NCBI RefSeq assembly: GCF_006345805.1
Contig: NC_043003.1
Span: 87,482,001 to 87,546,000 of the forward strand
Direction: 5' to 3'
DNA length: 64,000 bases
Origin: Octopus sinensis
Taxonomy: Eukaryota
In this document: positions 10,794-22,635 of the stretch, piece by piece
How the letters are laid out: each line of letters begins with the position of its first letter
Numbering within the stretch: the first letter of the stretch is position 1
Position numbers and translations under genes: made by a program
The notes under the pieces: generated by a model
What the model was told of the DNA's origin: nothing
What the model saw: the letters and a program-made list of their open reading frames with translations, nothing else
The model's database searches: none

Positions 10794-13300
10794 GGAGACC
10801 TGACGAGTCAAGTGCATATACATGAACATCGAACTATCAATGGAAACAGTAGCTGCGATACCTGTGCCGGGGACACACAAAAAGCATCATCCGAACGTGG
10901 ACCGATACCAACCCCTCCTCGAATGGCTTCTATGCCGGTGGCACATAAAAAGCACCATCCGAACGTGGCCAATGCCAGCACCGCCCCGACTGGCTTCTGT
11001 GCCGGTGGCACATAAAAAGCACCATCCGAACGTGGCCGATGCCAGCACCGCCCCGACTGGCTTCTGTGCCGGTGGCACATAAAAAGCACCATCCGAACGT
11101 GGTCGATGCCAGCACCGCCTTGACTGGCTTCTGTGCCGGTGGGACATAAAAAGCACCAACCGATCGTGGGATCCCGGAACATCTCACTGTGCTTGAGGAG
11201 ACCTGTTGAGTCAAGTGCATGTACATGAGAATCGAACCAAATATCAATGGAAACAGTAGTTGTGATACCTGTGGCGGTGATACATAAAAAGCACCATCCG
11301 AACGTGGCCGTTGCCAGTGCAGCCTCCACTGGCTTCTGTGCCGGTGGCACATAAAAAGCTCCATCCGAACGTGACCGATGCCAACCCCGCCTCGAATGGC
11401 TTCTGTGCCGGTGGCACATAAAAGGCACCATCCGAACGTGGCCGATGCCAGCACCGCCCCGACTGGCTTCTGTGCCGGTGGCACATAAAAAGCACCATCC
11501 GACCATGGCCGACGCCAGCACCGCCTCAGCTGGCTTCTGTGCCGGTGGCACATAAAAAGCACCAACCAATCGTGGGATCCCAGAACATCTCGCTGTGCTT
11601 GAGGAGACCTGTTGAGTCAAGTGCATGTACATGAGAATCGAACCAAATATCAATGGAAACAGTAGTTGTGATACCTGTGCCGGTGACACATAAAAAGCAC
11701 CATCCGAACGTAGCCGTTGCCAGTGCAGCTTTTACTGGCTTCTGTGCCGGTGGCACATAAAAAGCACCATCCAAACGTGACCGATGCCAACCCCGCCTCG
11801 AATGGCTTCTGTGCCAGTGGCACATGAACATTGAACCGAATATCAATGGAAACAGTAGTTGTGATACCTGTGCCGGTGACACATAAAAAGCACCATCCGA
11901 ACGTGGCCGTTGCCAGTGCAGCCTCCACTGGCTTGCAGGTGGCACATAAAAAGCTCCATCCGAACGTGACTGATGCCAACCCCGCCAGCACCATCCGAAC
12001 GTGGCCGTTGCCAGTGCAGTCTCCACTGGCTTCTGTGCTGGTGGCACATAAAAAGCTCCATCCGAACGTGACCGATGCCAACCCCGCCTCGAATGGCTTC
12101 TGTGCCGGTGGCACATAAAAGGCACCATCCGAACGTGGCCGATGCCAGCACCGCCCCGACTGGCTTCTGTGCCGGTGGCACATAAAAAGCATCATCCGAG
12201 CGTGGCCGACGCCAGCACCGCCTCGACTGGCTTCTGTGCAGGTGGCACATAAAAAGCACCAACCGATCGTGGGATCCCGGAACATCTCGCTGTGCTTGAG
12301 GAGACCTGCTGAGTCAAGTGCATGTACATGAGAATCGAACCAAATATCAATGGAAACAGTAGTTGTGATACCTGTGCCGGTGACACATAAAAAGCACCAT
12401 CCGAACGTAGCCGTTGCCAGTGCAGCTTTTACTGGCTTCTGTGCCGGTGGCACATAAAAAGCACCATCCAAACGTGACCGATGCCAACCCCGCCTCGAAT
12501 GGCTTCTGTGCCAGTGGCACATGAACATCGAACCGAATATCAATGGAAACAGTAGTTGTGATACCTGTGCCGGTGACACATAAAAAGCACCATCCGAACG
12601 TGGCCGTTGCCAGTGCAGCCTCCACTGGCTTGCAGGTGGCACATAAAAAGCTCCATCCGAACGTGACTGATGCCAACCCCGCCAGCACCATCCGAACGTG
12701 GCCGTTGCCAGTGCAGCCTCCACTGGCTTCTGTGCCGGTGGCACATAAAAAGCTCCATCCGAACGTGACCGATGCCAACCCCTCCTTGAATGGCTTCTGT
12801 GCCAGTGGCACATAAAAAGCACCATCCGAACGTGGCCGATGCCAGCACCGCCCCGACTGGCTTCTGTGCCGGTGGCACATAAAAAGCATCATCCGAGCGT
12901 GGCCGACGCCAGCACCGCCTCGACTGGCTTCTGTGCAGGTGGCACATAAAAAGCACCAACCGATCGTGGGATCCCGGAACATCTCGCTGTGCTTGAGGAG
13001 ACCTGCTGAGTCAAGTGCATGTACATGAACATCGAACCAAATATCAATGGAAACAATAGTTGTGATACCTGTGCCGGTGACACATAAAAAGCACCATCCG
13101 AACGTAGCTGTTGCCAGTGCAGCCTCCACTGGCTTCTCTGTCGGTGGCACATAAAAAGCACCAACCGATCGTGGCCGATGCCAGCACCGCCTTGACTGGC
13201 TTCTGTGCCGGTGGCACATAAAAAAGCACCAACTGATCGTGGCCGATGCCAGACCCCTCTGGCACCTGTGCAGGTGGCACGTAAAAAGCACCCACTACAC
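10765..13300 (+). repeat. Hierarchical tandem array in RTE 3' UTR: 67-bp monomer, ~403-406 bp and 697-bp higher-order units
   Basis: GCACATAAAAAG falls at 10941, 11008 and 11075 (67-bp period). The (G)GGATCCC spacer block falls at about 10766, 11168, 11574, 12271 and 12968. There are roughly 30 monomers. Confidence 0.95.
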
Positions 13301-13477
13301 TCGCGGAGTGGTTGGCGTTAGGAAGGGCATCCAGCTGTAGAAACACTGCCAGATCAGACTGGAGCCTGGGGCAGCCCCTGGCTCCCCAGACCCCGGTCAA
13401 ACCGTCCAACCCGTGCTAGGCCGGAGAACGGACGTTAAACGATGATGATGATGATGATGATGATGATGTATATATAT

Positions 13478-14980
13478 CATCATCATCATCGTCATTTAGC
13501 GTCTGCTTTCCATGCTAGCATGGGTTGGACGGTTCAACTGGGGTCTAAGAAGCCAGAAGGCTGCATCGGCCCAGTCTGATCTGGCAGTGTTTCTACAGCT
13601 GGATGCCCTTCCTAACGCCAACCACTCCGTGAGTGTAGTGGGTGCTTTTTACATGCCACCCGCACAGGAGCCATGCGGAGCTGGCAAACGGCCACGGATG
13701 GATGGTGCTTTTTATGTGCCACCGGCACGGGGGGCAGGCGAGGCTGGCAACAGCCACGAATGGATGGGGCTTTTGATTTGATTTGATTTTGATTTTCACT
13801 TGCCTCAACGGGTCTTCACAAGTGGAGTTTTGTGTCCCAAGAAGGAAAGGTATGTATAAGTCAACTGGCTACATACCAGGTAGAGGCCACTGGTTATGGT
13901 TTCACTAGTCTTACTGGGTCTTCTCACGCACAGCATACTTCCATAGGTCTCGGTCTCTAGTCATTTCCTTGGTGAGACCTAAAGTTCAAAGGTCGTGCTT
14001 CACCACCTCGTCCCAGGTTTTCCTGGGTCTACCTCTCCCACAGGTTCCCTCAACCGCTAGGGTGTGGGACTTTTGCACACAACTATCTTCATCCATTCTC
14101 GTCACATGACCATACCAGCACAAACGTCTCTCTTGCACACCACAACTGATGCTTCTTAGGTCCAACATTTCTCTCAAGGTACTTACACTCTGTCGAGTAT
14201 GAACACTGACATTACACATCCATCCGAGCATACTGGCTTCATTTCTTGCGAGCTTACGGATATCCTCAGCAGTCACAGCCCATATTTCACTACCATGTAG
14301 CATGGCTGTTCGTACACGTGCATCATACAGTCTGCCTTTTACTCTGAGCGAGAGGCCTTTAGTCACCAGCAGGGGTAAGAGCTCTCTGAACTTTGCCCAG
14401 GCTATTCTTATTCTAGCAGTTACATTTTCAGCACACCCACCCCCGCTACTGACTTGGTCACCTAGGTAGCGGAAGTTATCAACTACTTCTAGTTTTTCTC
14501 CCTGGAATGTGGTAGATGTTGGTCTCGGCACATTTTCAGTGTTTATTGCTCCTGAGCATCTGCCACAAACAAAAACTATTTTCCTAGTTAGCCTTCCTTT
14601 GATATTGCTGCACCTCTTATGTATCCCTAGCTTACACTTGGTGCATCTTATAGAGTTTCTACCTACACCTTTTCTACAGATCGAGCAGGGCCATCTACCT
14701 GAAGGCGTTTGTGATTGGTCTACCTTCCTACTTATTAGGACTTTGGTTTTGGCTAGGTTGATTCTAAGGCCCTTCGATTCTAATCCTTGCTTCCACACCT
14801 GAAACTTCTCCAGTTCTGATAGTGACTCAGCAATTAGAGCAAGGTCATCAGCATAGAAGAGCTCCCAGGGGCATCCTGTCTTGAATTCCTCCGTTATAGC
14901 CTGGAGGACTATGATAAATAGGAGGGGACTGAGGACTGAACCTTGGTGGACCCCAACCTCTACTCGGAATTCTTCACTGT
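13478..14980 (-). mobile_element. 5'-truncated RTE LINE, tail-to-tail with the 8508 copy
   Basis: ORF 13986-14798 reads WKQGLESKGL...WPCSIC...FRYLG...RGRPRKTW, with the reverse 3' UTR and (ATC)n at 13478. Confidence 0.92.
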
Positions 14981-14983
14981 CGC

Positions 14984-15022
14984 AAGAAATTTGAAAAGCT
15001 ACACGCGAAACCGGTCATTCTT
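14984..15022 (+). ncRNA. Minimal type I hammerhead ribozyme, U3:A8 core variant, at the start of a PLE terminal fragment
   Basis: AAGAAAT-TTGAAAA-GC TACAC GC-GAAA-CCGGT-C-ATTCTT. Stem I has one bulge, stem II is 2 bp, stem III is the palindrome ACCGGT, and the cleavage triplet is GUC. Confidence 0.6.
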
Positions 15023-15210
15023 TTAAATTATGTCATTATAAGAGAAAAAATTTCTTTTTTAATTTTCTAATATTCTTCAGACATATTGACGCAAATATAT
15101 ATATTTTTTAACATTTAAGCCTTCTGTAGTTTTTTCACTCTTTACTTTTATCTATATATTCACCCACGTGCTTTCACAAACCAACTTTCTTATCTATATT
15201 TATCTTATCT

Positions 15211-15261
<51 letters not shown>

Positions 15262-15449
15262 TATATATATATATATATATAATATATATATATATATAAT
15301 ATATATATTATATATATATATAAACGTATATATGGATACAGGACATCACAAACAGTAAACAATATACAAAAACAAAGTTGAATATGCAAACAATGAGAAA
15401 AACAAATGGAAAACACGGCAAGTAACATAAAGAACGACCCTTCATATAT

Positions 15450-15519
<70 letters not shown>

Positions 15520-15522
15520 TAC

Positions 15523-15613
<91 letters not shown>

Positions 15614-15892
15614 ATATATTATAAAATTAGGGACTAAAACTCCAAATTTACAGGGAAAAATTCAATTTAGTATTAAATCAAATTTCACAATATAAATATA
15701 TAATATATATAAACTTTTTTTGTACTTTTTGTGATCTAGATATATGTTTTACAATATATTTTATTTTTTCTATATGATATGGTTTTGTCTATCATTGTTT
15801 GAATTATATAACAGTGGTTTTCCTCTAATTTATATATAATATATATATATTATATATATATATATATATAATGTAATACACACACACACACA

Positions 15893-16886
15893 CAAAATTT
15901 AGGGAATGGAGTAGATAAAATCCAGGCTACATATGTTTCATAGCTAGCAAAACCTAGTAAATTATCCAAATGTGGGATAGACCACAAGCTACTTTTCAGG
16001 TTAAGGATACCTTGATTATATGAAATTCACATTATCATTTGGAGATCCTGTATAAACTCGCAGGGATTCAATCAATATGTGCAGAAAGCATTCAACTGAA
16101 AGGCATAGAAAATATTCAGTTGAAATGCATAGGAAAATATTCAATTGCAATGCGTAGAAAGTACAGTGCGAGTGGAAAACGTATTTGTGAAAAAGAAGTA
16201 AAAATAGAAGTATATAAATATATATATATATATATGGGAGTGGATAAGTTTGTTATGGAGAAGATTATGAGTAAAGTGGGGCAGGTGGGAAGAGAAGGTT
16301 TGGTATTGAAACTGGCCTTTATGAAATTTGGGGTTGATTGTAGTATAAATAAGTAAACATTTAAACAGAGTCAAAAGGATGAAGATATAGGAGTGGTATT
16401 TGAAATGGATAGGGTGGGGGAAGTAAAGGAGAGGTAGGTGGAAGATAATGTATTTTCAGTCAACATAGAAGACTTAGTTTCACCCATTGAGTTGATAGTG
16501 GTAATTTAATTTTAAAATCTAGGGATGGCAAGTGAAGTGGGAGATAGTAGTAGCTTAAATCTGAGATTATGTGAGTGTGTATTAGCGCACATGTGTGTAT
16601 ATGTTGTGCAACTGTAGTATCTAGTAGATATGTATGTGTGAGTATTTGTATATTATCATGTGCAGATGGGATGTGTGTGGAGATACAAAAGTTATGAAAT
16701 GTTTCTCGAGTAGGGCAAAGATGAGTTTGAGTGAAGTGGAATGGAAACAGGTATCTCCTAACAACAATGTAAGCTTCATATTATCAAGGTATCCTTGGCC
16801 TGAAGAGTAGCTTGTGGTCTACCTCTCGTTTGGATAATTTATTACTTCTGAGCCTGGATTTCATCTACTCCATTCCCTAAATTTTG
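15893..16886. repeat. Inverted repeat pair (15893-16051 / 16747-16886) around ~700 bp spacer, probably PLE pseudo-LTRs
   Basis: CAAAATTTAGGGAATGGAGTAGAT...GACCACAAGCTACT...AAGGATACCTTGAT occurs in both orientations. Confidence 0.8.
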
Positions 16887-17165
16887 GATGTTTATTCATA
16901 TATACAGCAACTTCTGTTGCTAAATGTCTTTCTGTATCTATAGAGAGAAAGTATTGACAGCCACAAGTGTGATTAATGGAGAAGAATAAAATAGTAAATA
17001 ATTATATTGTGTTGGAAATATATTTCACTCTCTTGAAGTTTAAATATTCCCGCTATAGGGCTTTTACAACAGTGAATTATTATCGCCCACAACCACCGCA
17101 CAATAATAATATTAGATATTATTAATCAGATATTTATTATGTTAATTTATATATATGTGTATGTG

Positions 17166-17201
<36 letters not shown>

Positions 17202-17220
17202 GTGTGTATAAATATATACA

Positions 17221-17497
17221 GTGCCGCCCCGACTGGCCTCGTACCGGTGGCACGTAAAAAGCACCATCAGATCGTGGCCGTTGCCAGCTTCGTCTGGCAC
17301 CTGTGCTGGTGGCACGTAAAAAGCACCCACTACACTCATGGAGTGGTTGGCGTTAGAAAGGGCATCCAGCCGTAGAAACATTGCCAGATCAGACTGGGCC
17401 TGGTGCAGCCTTCTGGCTTTCCAGACCCCAGTTGAACTGTCCAACCCATGCTAACATGGAAAGCGAACGCTAAATGATGATGATGATGATGATGATG
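17221..17497 (+). mobile_element. Orphan RTE 3' tail (2 structured units)
   Basis: Two GGTGGCACGTAAAAAGCACC units, the conserved terminus and (GAT)n, flanked by (TA)n-like DNA. Confidence 0.85.
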
Positions 17498-17813
17498 ATA
17501 AAGTGTATATATCGATATTTGAATATATATGTGTGTGTGTATATATATAATGTGTATACATATGTATACATAATGCGTATATATATATATATATGTGTGT
17601 ATGTATATAATGCGTATATATGTGCATATATATTTAATGCGTATGTATATATATAATCTGTGCATATGTGATCAGATTGAGCTGAAAATTTGCACACCTA
17701 TGTTAAAAGTGCTGGTGAGTTTGCATAGCAATTTTGAGTTTGCTCATTAGAAATGCGTGGCCTCCAGAGCAACATTCTTCATCTTTTAAAAAGGACTGTT
17801 TTATAGATATAGA

Positions 17814-17815
<2 letters not shown>

Positions 17816-17871
<56 letters not shown>

Positions 17872-17904
17872 ACACACACACAACACACACACACATACAC
17901 ACAC

Positions 17905-17944
<40 letters not shown>
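17816..17944. repeat. (CA)n microsatellite
   Basis: Direct inspection. Confidence 0.95.
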
Positions 17945-17946
<2 letters not shown>

Positions 17947-18332
17947 GAGGTATATATGTTACATATAATAAAATGATTTCATCGATCTAAAATTGTAACA
18001 AACACTCACATGTACACACATTCATGCACTCGCACACACATATGTATGCCTAAGCAGAGATTTACATAAATAGTCTGCATGTATATTCTGTTAAGAACAT
18101 AGTAGAGTACAGTATAAAGCTTGTCCACCTTCAAATTTCACCCTGTGCTATCCAGTAGTAGTATTATACGTACTTCCAGGTTTGTGTTAGGGCATCTGTC
18201 ATGTGTGAATAGATAACTGAAAAAATTTCAAGTCAATGAGAAGGAGTATAGTTGGACATTTATTTTATATCGCTATTAATTGTTTCCACGCAATGTAATT
18301 CTCCAGGCATGCAGGTACTTGATTATGCAACC

Positions 18333-18518
18333 GTTTCCCAGCATTATGAGATGTAGTTGTGTTTCCTCAGGCGATATGTAAATATTGTCTCCGTGTGTGT
18401 GAATTCAGGTCATGACAGAGAGAGAGGATGTTCTTGAAGCCGAGAATTTGAACTTATGGAAACAATATTTACATCTCGCCTGAGGAAATACAACTAGATC
18501 TCATAATTCAGGGGAAAC
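18333..18518. repeat. ~60-bp inverted repeat with ~65-bp spacer (MITE-like or hairpin)
   Basis: GTTTCCC..ATTATGAGATGTAGTTGTGTTTCCTCAGGCGATATGTAAATATTGTCTCC (18333-18392) pairs with 18458-18518. Confidence 0.85.
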
Positions 18519-18899
18519 ACTACCCCCCCTCTCTCTCTCTCTCTCTCTCTCGGTCTCACTCTGTCTGTAGCTCTCTTTCTCACTTTCGATTTACTCAATT
18601 TTTAATACCTCCACCGAAAGAATACATATTCAGAAGATGCTCTCGTCTAAATTTGCTAGTTCATGGTACGCCCGCCCTCCCAGCCCTCCACCTGTACCGG
18701 AAGTCCCTATCCTTTGCCATCCTTTGGTTGTCTCCCATGAACACTTCTAAAGGCTTTATGCCATCCCCGCCCCTATTTAGGGTTTATCTACTATGTAAGG
18801 TAGTGATCATATAGTGCAAAAAATATGATAGTGTAGTGTATGTATGTTGAATTGAAGGCTATTGTTTGTTTATGAATTCTGCCAAATGTGAGCTCTTTT

Positions 18900-21800
18900 T
18901 TCAGGTACATGACGCTGCTTTCACCCATCTCAATGTCTCAAGGGCCATACCTCCCATACACTCAGGGTTGGCACTCTCAATGTCGGCACACTGAAAGGTA
19001 GGTCTGGGGAGATTGTTGAGATGCTTGAACGGATATGTGTCGATATGTGCTGCATCCTAGGAGTAAGGTGGAGAGGAGGTTCCGCTAGGTTCCTCACAGG
19101 CAAAGAACACCAGTACAAGATTTCCTGGGCAGGGAACACTGACGGGATCGGGGACGTGGGCATACTTCTTGCGGAGAAATGGGTGGATAAGGTAAGGTAA
19201 TCAGAGTATGCGACAGAATACTTAAGATTAGATTAGTGCTTCATCATGGGTTAGCAACCATTATCTTGGCCTATGCCCCTCAGCCAGGGCTACCCGATGG
19301 ACAGAAAGACCGATTTACGACACCCTCCTGCAGACTACCTCGTTGACGAATGACAAGGACCTTCTCTTTGTGGCTGGTGACTTCAATGGACATGTTGGAC
19401 AACATACAAGGGGCTTCCATGGCGTACACGAAGGCTACGGCTTTGGTTCCCACAATGAGGAGGGAACCAGGCTGCTGGAGTTCTGCGATGCAAATGATCT
19501 TATGGTTTGCAATACTGACTTCAGGAAACCTGCTAGTCACCTAGTCACCTACCATTCTGGCAGACACACTAGCCAAATTGACTACATTCTCATCAGAAAA
19601 AGGGAAAGATGGCTGCTTATAAATGCCAAAACCTTCCCAGGCAAAGGATGTACCCCACAACATAGAATGGTAGTTAGTGACTTCAGGATCAGGGCAAAGT
19701 GGATGCCCAGAAGACGACCAGCATGGAGGAGAAGGGTCTGGAAGCTTAAAGATCTTGCGAATGGAAAGAGATTTAGAGACATATTACTCGAAGCCTTTGA
19801 CGAAATAGAAGGGGATATAGCTTCACACGATGTAGAAGACAACTGGAGGCTTCTATAAGACAACACCTGCTGAGGGCCACCGACTAGATCTGTGGATAGT
19901 GCAAAGTCCCCTCTCAACCCAAAATAACGTGGTGGTGGAATAATGTTGTTGACAGGGCTATTAGAGAAAAGAAACAGTCTTGGAAGGACTGGAAGAACGG
20001 TGGTAGTAGGGAATTGTATCAGACAGCCAGGAGGGAAGCTAGGAGACAGGTTTATTCCACCAGAAGGGAAGCATATGAGAAAAAATTTGCCAATGTTCTG
20101 CGCCGTGAGGATCAAAGACTTGAGGTATTTCGTGCTGCAAGACAGTGTGTGAGAGAGAATCGTGATGATGTAGGAGAGAAATGTGCCCGCATGGATGAAG
20201 GTTCACTCGCACTAAATGAGGCTGCAAAGGTTGCTGAATAAAGAAAATGAATGAGAGAAAGAGAGTCTGCTGAATGTCGACCCAACAGAGGGACCAGCTA
20301 TCCGAGTTGACAGTACCTTTGTAGATAAAGCAATTAAGCGTATGAAGACAGGGAAAGCCCCTGGCCCATCAAGAATCACTGCAGAGATGCACAAAATATC
20401 TGGCAGTGTCGGCTATAGCCTGGTCACCCGTATAGTTAACCAGGTGATACACAAAGGAGTATGATACACAATGACTTGTGTAGCAGCACTATAGTCAACT
20501 GCTACAAAGGTAAAGATGACGCTTTAGATACAAATAATTACAGAGGTATCAAGTCGTTGGATCAGGTAATGAAGGTCACAGAGAGGGTCATAGCCCAACT
20601 AATTAGGGAGAGTCAGTTTAGATGAGATGCAGTTTGGGTTTGTGCCAGGTAAAAGCACCACTGATGGTATATTTCTGGTAAGACAGCTGCAGGAGAAAAG
20701 CTTAACCAAAGATAAACCTCTGTACCTGGTTTTCGTTGACATGGAGAAAGCCTTTGACAGGGTCCCCCTATCCCTTATCTGGTCGTTAATGAGGAAACTA
20801 GGGATAGATGAATGGTTAGTGAGAGCCGTGCAAGCCATGTACAGGGACACTGTCAGTAAGGTGAGGGTTGGCAACGAGTACAATGAAGAATTCCGGGTAG
20901 ATATAGGGGTCCACCAAGGTTCAGTCCTCAGCCCCCTCCTATTTATCATAGTCCTCCAGGCAATAACAGAGGAATTCAAGACAAGATGTCCCTGGGAACT
21001 CCTCTATGCTGACGGCCTTGCTCTAATTGCTAAGTCACTATCAGAACTAGAGGAGAAGTTCTAGGTGTGGAAACAAGGATTAGAATCAAAAGGCCTTAGA
21101 GTCAACCTAGCTAAAACCAAAGTCCTAATAAGTAGGAAGGTAGACAAGTCACAAGCACCTTCAGGTAGATGGCCCTGCTCGATCTGTAGACAAGGCATAG
21201 GTAGAAACTCTATAAGATGTACCCAGTGTAAGATACGGACACATAAGAGATGCGGCAATATCAAAGGAAGGCTGACTGGGGAGATAGTTTTTGTATATGG
21301 CTGAAGCTCAGGAGCAATAAACATTGAAAATGTGCAGAGAACAGCTTCCGCCACATTCCAGGGAGAAAAGCTAGAAGTAGTTGATAACTTCCGTTACATT
21401 GGTGACCAAGTCAGTAGCGTGGGAGGGTGCACTGAAAGTGTAGGTGCTAGAATAAGAATAGTCTGGGCAAAGTTCAGAGAGCTCTTACCTCTGCTGGTGA
21501 CAAAGGGCCTCTCACTCAGAGTAAAAGGTAGACTGTATGACGCATGTGTATGAACAGCCATGCTACATGGCAGTGAAACATGGGCCATGACTCACAAGGA
21601 ATGAAGCCAGTATGCTCTGATGTATGTGTAAGTGTTCATACTCGACAGAGTGTAAGTACCTTGAGAGAAAAGTTGGACCTAAGAAGCATCAGATGTGGTG
21701 TGCAAGAGAGACCACTGCGCTGGTTTGGTTACGTTGCAAGAATGGATGAAGATAGCTGTGTGAAAAAGTTCCACACCCTAGCGGTTGAGGGAATCTGTGG

Positions 21801-22521
21801 AAGAGGTAAACCCAGGAAAACCTGAGATGAAGTGATGAAGCAAGACCTTCAAACATTAGACCTCATTGAGGCAATAACTAGTGACCGAGACCTTTGGAAA
21901 TATGCTGCGCATATTACACTGAAGACCCAGCAAACCAAGTGAGACCATAACCTCGTAGCCTATGCCAGGGTGTAACAAGCCCACTTATGCATACCTTTCC
22001 TTCATTAGACACTAAACTATGCTTGCGAAGATCTGTTGAAGCAAGTGAAATCGAAATCAAATTCGACGACTGGCATCCATGCTCCTGGAGCACTAAGAGC
22101 GTGATCGTTGCCATATGAGCGTGATCGTTGCCAGAGCAGCTAAGTGGCTTCCATGCCGGTGGCACGTAAAAAGCACTATTCGAGCGTGATCGTTACAATG
22201 TCGCCTTACTGGCACGTGGAAAAACATTTGAGCGAGGTCGTTGCCAGTGCCGCTGGACTGTCTCTTTTGCAGGTGGCATGTAAAAAACACCATTTGAGCA
22301 TGGCCATTGCCAGTACTTCCTGACTGACCCTCGTGTCAGTGGCACGTAAAAGCACCTACTACACACTCTCGGAGTGGTTGGCGTTAGGATGGACATCCAG
22401 CTGTAGAAACTCTGCCAGATCAGATTGGAGCCTGGTGCAGCCATCTGGTTTGCCAGTCCTCAGTCAAATCGTCCAACCCATGCTAGCATGGAAAGCAGAT
22501 GTTAAACGATGATGATGATGA
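18900..22521 (+). mobile_element. Near full-length but frameshifted RTE LINE (APE + RT + PHD insertion + 3' UTR)
   Basis: The APE start reads HTLRVGTLNVGTL, followed by VAGDFNGH, SQIDYIL, RT motifs in the 20627 and 21065 ORFs, about 5 tail units, the terminus and (GAT)n. Confidence 0.92.
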
Positions 22522-22635
22522 GTTGAATAATCAAGTACCTGCATTCCTGGAGAACTACATTGCATGGAAACAATTGTAGTGATAGAAAATGATTGTCCAA
22601 CCGTACTCCTTGTTGACTCCAAATATTTTCAATTA

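Larger units (their letters stand above)
8508..13467 (+). mobile_element. 5'-truncated RTE LINE with expanded 3'-UTR array, inserted in (TA)n
   Basis: Starts right after (TA)n, carries the RT ORF, then the 10765-13300 array, the conserved terminus and (GAT)n. Confidence 0.93.

Noticed and set aside
10930-11010. Twister- or HDV-like ribozyme in the 67-bp unit (TGCCGGT...ATAAAAAG; CCA-TCCGAACG-TGG)
   Set aside because: It lacks the twister L4 CCCAAG-type loop and the UAA cleavage context. The HDV-like L3 lacks the conserved G25 and there is no 7-bp P1.
10850-13300. Repeat-spacer look resembling a CRISPR array
   Set aside because: The variable parts are short related loops, the array lies in a eukaryotic LINE 3' UTR, and there are no cas genes.
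10808-13409. Long ORFs (293, 391, 314 aa) across the array
   Set aside because: They are by-products of stop-poor tandem units in several frames, with repetitive peptides and no domain.
15210-15600. ORFs rich in Y/I/C/V/H/T here and at 17139-17976, 39113-39666, 43273-44088 and 45655-45974
   Set aside because: They are translations of (TA)n, (CA)n and (TG)n microsatellites.
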